NCBI GenBank assembly: GCA_018676855.1
Contig: JABHDY010000003.1
Coordinates: forward strand, 445,907 to 509,906
Reading direction: 5' to 3'
DNA from: Candidatus Woesearchaeota archaeon
GTDB lineage: Archaea; Nanobdellota; Nanobdellia; Woesearchaeales; GW2011-AR9
DNA length: 64,000 bases
Shown piece after piece: positions 18,418 to 28,600 of this stretch; the stretch's first letter is position 1; each line of letters opens with the position of its first letter. The translations under genes and the position numbers were made by a program. The notes under the pieces were generated by a model. The model saw only the letters and a program-made list of their open reading frames with translations. It did no database searches and was not told the origin of the DNA.

Positions 18418-20439
18418 ATGGAAGTAGATGAACAAATTAAAATATTCAGGGAATTTATAGAAAAGAATTATTATCCGCAACTTCTTGAAGCAGTGAGGAA
18501 AGGACAAAAATATCTAACGCTTGACTTTGCAGAATTGGTTAAATATAATACAGAAATTGTTGAAGAACTTCTTGAAAGTCCTGAAGAATTGTTAAAAGCT
18601 GCAGAAATTGCTGTGAAAGAGTTTGACCTTCCTAAACGCATTACAAAATTTACTATTCGTTTACAAAATATTGCAGAATCGCAAAAAATTAGTGTAAACG
18701 AAATTAGAAGTAAACACCTTGGTAAGTTTATTTGGTCAGAGGGTATTGTACGACAAAAATCTGATGTTAGGCCGCACGTGACAGCTGCTAAATTTGAATG
18801 TCCTTCATGTGGTAACATATTAAATGTTCTTCAATTAGATAAAAAGTATAAAGAACCTACAAGGTGTGGTTGTGGTAGGAAAGGAAAATTTAAAGAAATT
18901 GCAAAGGAACTTGTTGATGGTCAGGGTTTAGTTCTTGAAGAATCGCCTGACGATCTTGACGGTGCACAACCTAAACGTATCAATGTTTTTTTAAAGGATG
19001 ATTTAGTTTCTCCAATGTCTGAGAGAAAAAGTAGTCCCGGTTCACGTGTACGTATAACGGGTTGGATAACAGAAATTCCTATTAATCTAAGGACTGGTGG
19101 TAAATCAACAAAATATGATTTGGTTCTGGAAGCAAACCATATTAAGCCCGTTCAAGATGATTTTTCTGATCTTCAAATATCTGAAGAAGAGATGGAAGAA
19201 ATTAAAAAAATTGCATATTCAGACAATCCAATTTATGCTCTTTCTTCTAGTATAGCGCCGTCCATTTATGGACATGATAAAGTTAAAGAAGCGTTAGTAT
19301 TACAACTTGCAGGAGGATGTCTTAAAGAGCGGCCTGATGGTGTTACAACAAGGGGAGATATACACATTCTTCTCATTGGAGATCCTGGTTCAGGAAAGTC
19401 TCAATTGCTTAAGAGAATAAGTAAAGTAGGACCAAAAGCACGGTTTACGAGTGGGAAGGGAGCAACGGCAGCTGGACTTACGGCATCGGTCGTGAAGGAC
19501 GAATTTCTTGGTGGATGGAGTCTTGAAGCAGGAACACTTGTATTAGCAAATAAAGGATTTGCAATTATTGATGAGTTAGATAAAATGAGTAAAGAAGATC
19601 GTTCTTCGTTACACGAAGCACTTGAACAGCAAACAATTAGTATTGCAAAGGCAAACATTCAAGCAACGTTACGATGTGAAACTACTGTTCTTGCTGCAGC
19701 AAATCCAAAATTTGGACGATTTGATCCGTACGATCTTATTGCGAACCAAATTAACTTACCACCAACGCTTATCAATAGGTTCGATTTAATATTTCCAATA
19801 AAAGATATGCCTAACAGAGAAAAAGATGAACGAACAGCAGCATTCATATTAAGTCTTCATAAAAATCCTGAAAAAGCTGTTGCGCCAATATCATCTGAAC
19901 TTATAAAAAAATTCTTTTTGTATGTGCGAAAAAGAATTCGTCCACGGATGACCGATGAAGCGATTGAAGAATTAAAAGAATATTATGTTTCGATGAGAAA
20001 TTCTGGTATATCTGATGAAGCTGGTGTTAAAAGTATTCCTATTACTGCACGACAACTTGAAGCTCTTGTACGATTATCAGAAGCAGCGTCAAAATTGCGA
20101 TTAGGTGAAGAAGTTACAAAGAAAGATGCACAAAAAGCTATTGAACTTATAGATTATTGTTTAAACCAGATAGCGAAGGATGCAGAAACGGGAAAAATTG
20201 ATATTGATAGGTTAAGCAGTAGAATAACTGCAACGCAACGAAGTAGTATTAGTGTTGTAAAAGAAGTTATTCAATCAGTGGAAGAACAAATAGGAAACAA
20301 AATAATTCCTGTTGAAAATATTATTGAAGCTGCTAAAGATAAAAATATATCGCAAGAAAATGTTGAAGAAGTTCTTGAAAAGTTACGTCGTTCAGGAGAC
20401 ATATTTGAACCAAAACGAGGATTTATTCAACGTCTTTAA
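18418..20439 (+). CDS. mcm: MCM replicative helicase
   Basis: Zn finger CPSCG...CGCG, Walker A IHILLIGDPGSGKSQLL, Walker B FAIIDELDKM, arginine finger and SRFDLIF motif, C-terminal wH. Confidence 0.95.
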   Translation: MEVDEQIKIFREFIEKNYYPQLLEAVRKGQKYLTLDFAELVKYNTEIVEELLESPEELLKAAEIAVKEFDLPKRITKFTIRLQNIAESQKISVNEIRSKHLGKFIWSEGIVRQKSDVRPHVTAAKFECPSCGNILNVLQLDKKYKEPTRCGCGRKGKFKEIAKELVDGQGLVLEESPDDLDGAQPKRINVFLKDDLVSPMSERKSSPGSRVRITGWITEIPINLRTGGKSTKYDLVLEANHIKPVQDDFSDLQISEEEMEEIKKIAYSDNPIYALSSSIAPSIYGHDKVKEALVLQLAGGCLKERPDGVTTRGDIHILLIGDPGSGKSQLLKRISKVGPKARFTSGKGATAAGLTASVVKDEFLGGWSLEAGTLVLANKGFAIIDELDKMSKEDRSSLHEALEQQTISIAKANIQATLRCETTVLAAANPKFGRFDPYDLIANQINLPPTLINRFDLIFPIKDMPNREKDERTAAFILSLHKNPEKAVAPISSELIKKFFLYVRKRIRPRMTDEAIEELKEYYVSMRNSGISDEAGVKSIPITARQLEALVRLSEAASKLRLGEEVTKKDAQKAIELIDYCLNQIAKDAETGKIDIDRLSSRITATQRSSISVVKEVIQSVEEQIGNKIIPVENIIEAAKDKNISQENVEEVLEKLRRSGDIFEPKRGFIQRL

Positions 20440-20444
20440 AAAAA

Positions 20445-21167
20445 ATGGAATCAACAAAATATATTCGGCACACTGCAATCAAAGTTCTTATCAAAACATT
20501 GCTTTCAGGAAAATTTGTTGAGGAAGATGAACAAAATCAAAATTATTTTCAAACAATACTCAATGAAAAATTGTATAGAATAAATGTTATGGGAATAGTT
20601 GTTCAAAAAGAAACTGTTGGATCAATAACAAATTTACGTATTGATGATGCTTCTGGAAGTATTCCCGTTCGATTTTTTGAAGAACATTCTTCACTTTCTT
20701 CAATTGATATTGGAAGTATCATACGTATTATTGGAAAAGTACGAATGTATAATGAAGAAAAATATATTTCTCCAGAAATTTGTATAAAAAGTACGTCTTC
20801 CTGGCTTAAAGTACGGAAAAAAGAATTAAATGTTAGTAATAATGAAGTACAATCTGAAGAAATTAAAAATGTTGAAGTACCTATTGTAGAAAAAAAAGAA
20901 ATGGAAATAGTAAAAGAAAAAGAAAGTCCTGTTATGGAACATAAAGAAGAAATTGTTGAACAAAAAATTGAAAATGATGATATTGTTGAAGAATTACCAT
21001 TTCAAAAAGTAATGAATTTAATTAAAGAATTGGATACTGGAAATGGCGTTCCTATAGAAAATATTATTGAAAAATCGTCATTAGAAAATACGGGAACTAT
21101 TATCGACAAAATGCTTGAAAAAGGAGACATATTTCAAAACGTTCCTGGTAAAGTAAAAGTTTTGTGA
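20445..21167 (+). CDS. OB-fold plus C-terminal winged-helix protein (RPA32-like / MCM-associated)
   Basis: OB-fold core INVMGIVVQKETVGSITNLRIDDASGSIPVRFF...IIRIIGKVRMY. C-terminal wH (VPIENIIEKSS...EKGDIFQNVPGK) is near-identical in pattern to the MCM C-terminal wH. The gene lies 5 nt downstream of the mcm stop. Confidence 0.5.
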   Translation: MESTKYIRHTAIKVLIKTLLSGKFVEEDEQNQNYFQTILNEKLYRINVMGIVVQKETVGSITNLRIDDASGSIPVRFFEEHSSLSSIDIGSIIRIIGKVRMYNEEKYISPEICIKSTSSWLKVRKKELNVSNNEVQSEEIKNVEVPIVEKKEMEIVKEKESPVMEHKEEIVEQKIENDDIVEELPFQKVMNLIKELDTGNGVPIENIIEKSSLENTGTIIDKMLEKGDIFQNVPGKVKVL

Positions 21168-22022
21168 TCAACCAAATAATACGGGAGTAATATATACTTC
21201 AACGACACCCGCTATTAATAATAAACCAACGCTTATTAATACTAAATCTAACACATCAATTAACACTCTGTTTTCTTTTAAATTATGTTTAATAATTGCA
21301 ATAGAAATTATTCCGCCTGCGAGGCCTGCAACAAAATAAGCGGCTATTTCTAACAAACCGTGCGTCATGTACCGAAAAAAGCTAAACGTAGTCACGCCAA
21401 GGTATGCTGACGCAGAACTTAATCCTACAAGTGTTGTTACTTTTGCTAATTCAGTTTTAATTATATTTCCCATAGCTGCTGCTATAACTGACGCGTTCCA
21501 TGTTAAAATAAAAATTGCACCAGAACCGTATAAAAACGAAAATATTAAACAGAAAAATAAAACTTTAATATTATTCATAAATATTTTTCCAAAAAGATTA
21601 ATTTTTGTTATTCCTCCAGTAATGTTTGCCTGAACATTATTATTAACGCTTACTATAGCTTCATTTTGTAATGAAAATACTGTATCAACAATTGCAGATG
21701 GAAATGCTATGTACGAAAAAACAAGTCCTGCAGTTATTCCTAAAAAAAGAAACATGAAAAACACAAGCACTTTTGTATGTTCCTTTAACAATTTCCATTC
21801 TTTTGTATATTTAAGATCTAATTCTTCCTCATTTCGTATCGCTGTGTAAAGAATAGGAAGAGTAGAAAGAACGACTAAAAATACGAGAAGAAGACCTGCA
21901 GCGTCCCTAAATACTATATATGATAAAACAAAAGCTATTAATGAATACACAAATCCTGCAATAAACATTTGCCAGGGCCTTTTTTTTAAACCAAACGGAT
22001 TAAACAGTGATTCTAGAACCAT
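21168..22022 (-). CDS. SpoIIM/DUF95-like multi-pass membrane protein
   Basis: 6 or more TM helices; THGLLEIAAYFVAGLAGG motif resembles the SpoIIM family HG..E signature. Confidence 0.45.
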   Translation of the reverse strand: MVLESLFNPFGLKKRPWQMFIAGFVYSLIAFVLSYIVFRDAAGLLLVFLVVLSTLPILYTAIRNEEELDLKYTKEWKLLKEHTKVLVFFMFLFLGITAGLVFSYIAFPSAIVDTVFSLQNEAIVSVNNNVQANITGGITKINLFGKIFMNNIKVLFFCLIFSFLYGSGAIFILTWNASVIAAAMGNIIKTELAKVTTLVGLSSASAYLGVTTFSFFRYMTHGLLEIAAYFVAGLAGGIISIAIIKHNLKENRVLIDVLDLVLISVGLLLIAGVVEVYITPVLFG

Positions 22023-22170
22023 ACATAAATGAAGCGAATAAATGTATTTAAATGTTTTTATGTTTTTGAGATAGAAAATATATGATAATTATATTTATTT
22101 ACTACTTCACCAATATTACAAACATTACAAAAATATTTTTAATTAATTATTATTATTTTAATCAACAAAA

Positions 22171-22200
22171 CATTCCCACCCCTCGGTTTCTTATGGAAAC
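22171..22200 (-). promoter_or_regulatory. ORB-like element 1
   Basis: Minus-strand reading GTTTCCATAAGAAACCGAGGGGTGGGAATG: imperfect dyad GTTTC/GAAAC followed by a G-string, as in archaeal origin recognition boxes. Confidence 0.45.
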
Positions 22201-22280
22201 TGTAAAAATTAAAAAAAGTTTGTTGTGGTAAAAGTTTGTTTGTACAACAAATGTGTGTTTTGTGATCAATACCACAAAGT

Positions 22281-22306
22281 AACCCTCATTCTTCGTGTGG
22301 AAAACC
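22281..22306 (-). promoter_or_regulatory. ORB-like element 2
   Basis: Minus-strand reading GGTTTTCCACACGAAGAATGAGGGTT; on the plus strand it contains TTCGTGTGGAAAAC, similar to the mini-ORB TTCCAGTGGAAAC. Confidence 0.45.
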
Positions 22307-22698
22307 ATATTTAATTAATTAATTAATTAAAATAATTTATTATATTATATGTTAAATGTAATCATTTGAATTGTCAAAACAAAACTTCCAATAATTTAAC
22401 AATTCTCAACTATCACTTCTTTTTAGCTTTATTATTATTATTATTATTATTTATATTATATAATATATATATATATATATATTTTCTATATAGAAAATAA
22501 ATAAATAAATAAAACGGGAAACAAAAAAAGTTTGAAAAAAAAAGTTTCGTTACTACTTTTCAATCTATCAATAATTATTTATATGACTTCCATCCGCAAT
22601 AGACTTAACAAAACATATATGTGTTAACTGTTATATTATATATTGATATTCTTTATATAATAAACATAACAAACAACACTTCACAACAACAAAAACAC

Positions 22699-22722
22699 GT
22701 TTTCCAAAGGAAATGAGGGGGT
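22699..22722 (+). promoter_or_regulatory. ORB-like element 3 (inverted relative to elements 1 and 2); overlaps the probable cdc6 RBS
   Basis: GTTTTCCAAAGGAAATGAGGGGGT. GGAAATGA...GGGGG resembles the Pyrococcus ORB. GAGGGGG lies 8 nt before the cdc6 ATG and could also be a Shine-Dalgarno. Confidence 0.4.
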
Positions 22723-22726
22723 CACT

Positions 22727-23929
22727 ATGTTAAAGATAGGTACATTTTTTGAAAATTTTTTAAAAAAAGATTCGATTTTTACTGAAAAATCAATTCTTTT
22801 ATCGGCGTATATGCCACATGAGATCATGTACAGAGAAGAACAGATAAAAGAAGCTGCTAATATACTTGCACCCGCATTACGTTTAGAAAGACCATCTAAT
22901 CTATTTATTTATGGTAAAACTGGAACAGGAAAAACTCTTTCTATTAAACATATTATGAATTCAATGAATAGTATTGCAGAAACTAATACTATCTCCATGA
23001 AAATGATATATTTAAATTGTAAATTAAAACGTGTTGCCGATACTGAATATCGTTTATTATCACAATTATGTAAAGAATTTGGGAGAGAAGTTCCCACAAC
23101 GGGTCTTCCAACAGATGAAGTATATTCAATATTTTACAAATTGTTGGATGAAACAAAACAAGTAATTGTTTTAATATTAGATGAGATTGACCATTTAACA
23201 AAAAAAATAGGCGATGAAATATTATATAATTTAACTAGAATTAATGCTGAACTTAAAAATGCTCAAATATGTATTGTTGGAATTTCAAATAATTTAGTAT
23301 TTTCAGAAAATCTTGATCCTCGCGTTAAATCTTCACTTTCAGAAGAAGAAATTATATTTCCACCATACAATGCACTTCAAATACAAGACATTCTCAGAAA
23401 TCGAACAACAAAAGCATTTAAAGAAAATATTGTTCAAACGGGAGTTATAGAAAAATGTTCTGCATATGCTGCTCGTGAACATGGTGATATACGACGAGCG
23501 ATAGACCTTTTACGTGTTTCAGGAGAAGTAGCTGAGCGGAGTGGTTCATCTATTGTTACTATTACACATCTTGACGAGGCAGAACGAAAAGTTGAATCTG
23601 ATAAAACTATTAGTGCCGCAATAAATCAACCAAAACAATTTCAAACAGTTTTGTATGCCATTTTACTCATATCTCCACAAAAAAATCATTTTTTTACGGG
23701 AGAAATATATGAAGTGTACAAAAAAATATGTACAAAAAACAATTTTAATGTTTTAACTCAACGTCGTATTTCAGACATTTTAGCAGAATTAGATATGTTA
23801 GGAATAATTAATGCAAAAATAATTTCTAAAGGAAGATATGGAAGAACTCGCGAGATTTCACTTTCTTTAGAGGAATCAATTACAATAAAACTTCGTGAAG
23901 TATTAGAAAAATCGTTACGAGTATCATAA
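22727..23929 (+). CDS. cdc6: Orc1/Cdc6 replication initiator
   Basis: AAA+ Walker A IYGKTGTGKT, Walker B ILDEIDHL, sensor motifs, C-terminal wH. Confidence 0.9.
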   Translation: MLKIGTFFENFLKKDSIFTEKSILLSAYMPHEIMYREEQIKEAANILAPALRLERPSNLFIYGKTGTGKTLSIKHIMNSMNSIAETNTISMKMIYLNCKLKRVADTEYRLLSQLCKEFGREVPTTGLPTDEVYSIFYKLLDETKQVIVLILDEIDHLTKKIGDEILYNLTRINAELKNAQICIVGISNNLVFSENLDPRVKSSLSEEEIIFPPYNALQIQDILRNRTTKAFKENIVQTGVIEKCSAYAAREHGDIRRAIDLLRVSGEVAERSGSSIVTITHLDEAERKVESDKTISAAINQPKQFQTVLYAILLISPQKNHFFTGEIYEVYKKICTKNNFNVLTQRRISDILAELDMLGIINAKIISKGRYGRTREISLSLEESITIKLREVLEKSLRVS

Positions 23930-23931
23930 TC

Positions 23932-25614
23932 ATGGAACCTAATGATAAATTAATTGGAACACTTTTTAATAAAGGAATACTTGTCAATAAAGACATTTTT
24001 ACAAATAACGTTCCAGAAAACATTCTTGATCAAATTGAATCTGAATCTGATCTTTTAGTTTTAAATTCTGATTATGTTGATATTGTAACTCAACCAGAAA
24101 ATTTAGTTGATTGGTACGAAATTGATAAATATAGAGTGGATTCTGAAAAAGATAGAAATGATGAATTATATCAATCACATTTACAAACATTCAAACGAAC
24201 AACAGTAACAATTCAAAACACAAACAATGAAAAGACTATCAAACAAGATGTTACAAGTTTAGAAACAACACTTGATAATAATTCAAGTACATTTTCTACA
24301 GAATCTTCTTTTGAAGAAAAACCTATCATTTCATCTTCTTCCGTTCCACAAATAAATTCTTCAGTTACTATTGTTATTTCTCACAAAAATGTTCCAAAAA
24401 AATATACTGTTTCAGATTTTGCACAATTTTTCGTTTCCCGATACAAATTTTTAGAAAATATTCTTCGTTCTCGTCAAGAATTACAAAATACATTAACAAT
24501 AAATCGTGTATTAGGAAAAAAAGAACGAGGAGCAGTTTCGGTGATAGGTCTTGTTCAAGATATCAATGAAACCAAAAATGGTAATCTTATTATTACACTT
24601 GAAGATGTCACAGATAGAATAAAAATATTTGTTGGCAAAAAAGATAAAATGTTATTTGCACAGGCAAAAGATCTCGTATTTGATGAAGTTATTGGCGTTT
24701 CAGGAACGTCAGGAGAAGGAATAATTTTTTCTGATACTATCTTATGGCCAGACGTTCCTCATAACCTTGAAATGAAGAAAAGTCCTATTGAAGAATATGC
24801 AATTTTTTTATCAGACATACATGTTGGATCAAACGTTTTTTTACCAGAAGAATTTTCTCAATTCATTAAATGGATCAACGGTTCTGTTGGAAATGAAAAA
24901 CAGCGTGCTATTGCACACAAAACTAAATATATTCTTATTGCAGGAGATTTGGTTGATGGTATAGGCATTTATCCTTCACAAATAGATGAATTAACAATAA
25001 CAGATATACGTGAACAGTATGAAGAATTTGTTCGTCTTATATCTCAAATTCCGTCAGATAAACAAATAATTATTTGTCCCGGAAATCATGATGCAGTTCA
25101 TTTAGCAGAACCACAATCAGCATTTAATGAAGAATTTTGTTCTGCATTATTTACCCTTCCTAATATTACTTTAGTAACAAATCCGGGAATGGTAACTATT
25201 GGAAAAACCGACACATTTTCAGGATTTAACGTTTTGTTATATCATGGATATAGTTTTGATTATTACGTTTCTGAAGTTGAATCTATTAGAAATAGTGGTG
25301 GATATCATCGAGCAGATTTATTAATGAAATTTATGTTAAAACGACGTCATATGGCCCCATCATTTAAATCAACACCATATTATCCTTCACATAAAGAAGA
25401 TCCTCTTTTAATAAAAGTAATTCCTGACTTTTTCATCACGGGACATATCCATTATTCAAAAGTTGCCAATTATAAAGGTGTTACAATGATATGTGGAAGT
25501 TGTTGGCAGGGAAAAACGTCATTTCAAGAAAAACTTGGTCACGAACCTGAACCAGCACGAGTACCCGTTGTAAACTTAAAAACAAGAGATGTTAAAATTT
25601 TAAAATTTATATAA
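23932..25614 (+). CDS. polD1: DNA polymerase D small subunit (DP1), with Ser-rich N-terminal extension
   Basis: Calcineurin-like phosphoesterase motifs GDLVDGIGIYP, ICPGNHD, GHIHY. OB domain upstream. Stop overlaps the DP2 start. Confidence 0.85.
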   Translation: MEPNDKLIGTLFNKGILVNKDIFTNNVPENILDQIESESDLLVLNSDYVDIVTQPENLVDWYEIDKYRVDSEKDRNDELYQSHLQTFKRTTVTIQNTNNEKTIKQDVTSLETTLDNNSSTFSTESSFEEKPIISSSSVPQINSSVTIVISHKNVPKKYTVSDFAQFFVSRYKFLENILRSRQELQNTLTINRVLGKKERGAVSVIGLVQDINETKNGNLIITLEDVTDRIKIFVGKKDKMLFAQAKDLVFDEVIGVSGTSGEGIIFSDTILWPDVPHNLEMKKSPIEEYAIFLSDIHVGSNVFLPEEFSQFIKWINGSVGNEKQRAIAHKTKYILIAGDLVDGIGIYPSQIDELTITDIREQYEEFVRLISQIPSDKQIIICPGNHDAVHLAEPQSAFNEEFCSALFTLPNITLVTNPGMVTIGKTDTFSGFNVLLYHGYSFDYYVSEVESIRNSGGYHRADLLMKFMLKRRHMAPSFKSTPYYPSHKEDPLLIKVIPDFFITGHIHYSKVANYKGVTMICGSCWQGKTSFQEKLGHEPEPARVPVVNLKTRDVKILKFI

Positions 25615-28600
25615 TGGCATCAACCATATCTCCAGACATGCAAAAGTACTTTGCTCAAATCAATGCTGATGTTAAACGTAGTTATGATATTGCTCGTAAG
25701 GCAAAAAAGAAAGGGTTGGACATTGATGACGATGTTCCCATTCCCGTTGCAAAAAATATGGCTGAACGTGTTGTTGGTTTAATATCTGTTATTGCACCAC
25801 AAATTGTTGGAACAACAATACCTCAAAGAATAATTGAACTTGAAAAAAAGTATGGAACACTTGATTGGCGAGTTGCATTAAAAATTTCTGAAGAAGTTGC
25901 AAAACAAAAATTTTGTGAGTTTAAAGATAAAATTGAAGCTATGGAAATTGGAATACGAATAGGCTTTTCATATTTAACGTTAGGCGTTGTTTCAGCTCCA
26001 TTAGAAGGATTTATTGGACTTAAAATTAAAAAAAGAAAAGATGGTAAAGAATATTTTGCGTTACAATATGCGGGACCTATTCGTGCAGCTGGTGGAACGG
26101 GTTCGTCAGTTTCTGTTATCCTTTCAGATTATGTTCGTATGAAAATGGGCTATGCGCCGTATGATCCAGAAGAAGTTGAAGTCAATAGATACGCAGCAGA
26201 AGTTCACGATTATCATGATCGTGTTACTAACTTACAATATCATCCCTCTGATGAAGAATTAAAATTTTTAGTATCTCATTTACCTGTTGAAGTTGACGGC
26301 GATCCAACAGAAAAGTTTGAAGTGTCAAATTATAAAGATTTACCTCGAATAGAAACAAACAGAATTCGTGGTGGAGTTGCATTGGTACTTGCTGAGGGTC
26401 TATCTCAAAAATCTCCCAAATTATGGAAAAAATTATCAAAATGGGGTAAAGAATTTGGATTAGAATGGGATTGGCTAAAAGATTTTCTTGAACTGAAAGA
26501 AAAGATTCATGCAAACGTTTCATCGGATAAAGATAAGAAAGAAGATGTAAATGATGGAAAGAAAAAAGTTAAACCTAACAACACATTTATTATGGATTTA
26601 GTTGCCGGAAGGCCCATATTTACTCATCCCCTTGCTGTTGGCGGATTTCGTTTACGGTATGGCCGTGGAAGAACATGTGGCATGTACGCTGTAGGTATCC
26701 ATCCCGCAACGATGGTTGTCCTAAACGATTTTATTGCAGTAGGAACACAACTTAAAGTTGAACGGCCTCGTAAGGGAGCATCAGCTACTGTCTGCGATAC
26801 AATTGAAGGTCCAACAGTAAGGCTTATTGATGGTACTGTTCTCCGATTAGATTCTGCTGAAGATGCAAAGAACGTTAAAAAAGATATTGAAACAATTTTA
26901 TTTCTTGGCGATATCATGTTTAACTATGGCGATTTTGCAGAAAGTGGCCATGACCTTGTGCCCGTAGGATATTGTCCTGAATGGTGGATATTAGAAGTAG
27001 AAAAAGCAATGAAAAATTTGTTTAACGAAAAGCATGTTCAAAAATCGGCAGAAAAATTAGGGGTTAAAGAAAGCGAAATACAAATATTGTTTGATAATCC
27101 GTTGCACAAAATTCCACCATGGTCATTAGCAAAACAAATCAGCGAACAATTTCATGTTCCTTTACACCCAGAATATACATATTATTGGAACCTTATTTCT
27201 GGCGAAGATTTAATTGTTCTCAAAGAATGGATGATGGAAGGCAAAATTAAAGTTCATGAAGAAAAAGTTATAAAAATTATATTTCCTTATACACAAAAGA
27301 ACGAATTATATATGCAAGGTAAAAAGATTCTCGAAGAATGTGGCATTTCTCATAAAGTTATTACAAAAGAAAATATTATTCTTGAAAAGAAAGAAGCAGA
27401 AGTAATAGCATTTTTGTTTGATTTTAAAGATCAAAAAGGTCTTGAAAAAATTTCATTAAAATCTGAGACTATTAAAAACAAAACGGCATTAGAAGTTCTC
27501 AATTTTGTTAATAATGTTACAATACGAGACAAAGCTGGGACGTTTATTGGTGCTCGAATGGGCCGCCCAGAAAAAGCTAAGATGCGTCAAATGACTGGTT
27601 CGCCACAAATGATGTTTCCCGTTGGAGAAGAAGGTGATAGGTTACGAAGTGTTCAATCAGCATTAAAAGCTGGCAAAATACGTAGCATTTTTCCTTTATT
27701 TTATTGTTCTCCATGCGATAAAGATATGATCTATCCTCGTTGTGAAGAATGTGGTAAGGAATGTACACAAAAATACTTTTGTCGTTTTTGTGGAGATGTG
27801 GATAAAGAAACGTGCCGTCACGGTGATACAAACACATTCAAAACACAAGATATTGACATTGCATATTATCTTGATAGAGCAAAGAAAAAGTTGGGAGAAA
27901 AAATTCATCCTGATTTAATAAAGGGTGTACGAGGTACGTCAAATAAAGACCATCTTGTTGAACATCTTGCAAAAGGAATTTTGCGTGCAAAACATAACGT
28001 GTATGTTAATAAAGATGGTACTATTCGATATGATGCAACAGAACTTCCTTTAACACATTTTAAACCTAAAGAGATTCATACGTCTGTTGAAAAACTTCGC
28101 GAATTAGGGTACGAAAAAGATATTAAAGGAAATTTGATAGAAAACGATACTCAAATAATTGAACTTAAACCTCAAGATGTTGTTCTTTCAGGATTTAATT
28201 CGTTAGAAGAATCTGCATCTATCGTTTTAACACGTATTGCCAACTTCATTGATAATCTCCTTGTAAGTTTTTATGGTTTGAAACCTTTTTATAACATTAC
28301 AAAAACGCAAGATCTTGTAGGACATCTTGTTATTGGCTTAGCACCACACATTTCTGCAGGTATTGTTGGTCGTATTGTTGGATTTTCAGAAACGCAAAGT
28401 TTGATTGCACATCCCATGTATCATGCTGCTATGAGGCGTGATTGTGACGGTGATGAAAGTTGTGTTATGATGTTAATGGACGCATTGTTAAATTTTTCAA
28501 GGCAATACCTTCCTGAAAGGCGTGGCGCGAAAACTATGGATGCACCACTTGTTTTAACTTCAACTATTAATCCTGCAGAGGTTGATGATCAAGTATTAGA

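Larger units (their letters stand above)
22023..22726. promoter_or_regulatory. Putative chromosomal replication origin (oriC). AT-rich duplex-unwinding region with simple repeats, flanked by ORB-like elements, immediately upstream of orc1/cdc6
   Basis: 704-nt non-coding gap with (TTAA)5 at 22311-22330, (ATT)7 at 22431-22452, (TA)n at 22464-22482 and (AAAT)n at 22494-22513. Three copies of GTTTTCCA..GAA.GAGGGG. Synteny oriC-cdc6-polD as in Pyrococcus. Confidence 0.6.

Noticed and set aside
20312-20521. 69-aa ORF spanning the mcm / OB-protein junction
   Set aside because: Out of frame with both confident genes; Lys-rich low complexity
22699-22722. Third ORB-like box could be only the cdc6 Shine-Dalgarno (GAGGGGG 8 nt before ATG)
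   Set aside because: Not fully rejected. Kept as a low-confidence ORB because the upstream TTTTCCAAAGGAAA dyad matches the other two copies. Both roles may coexist
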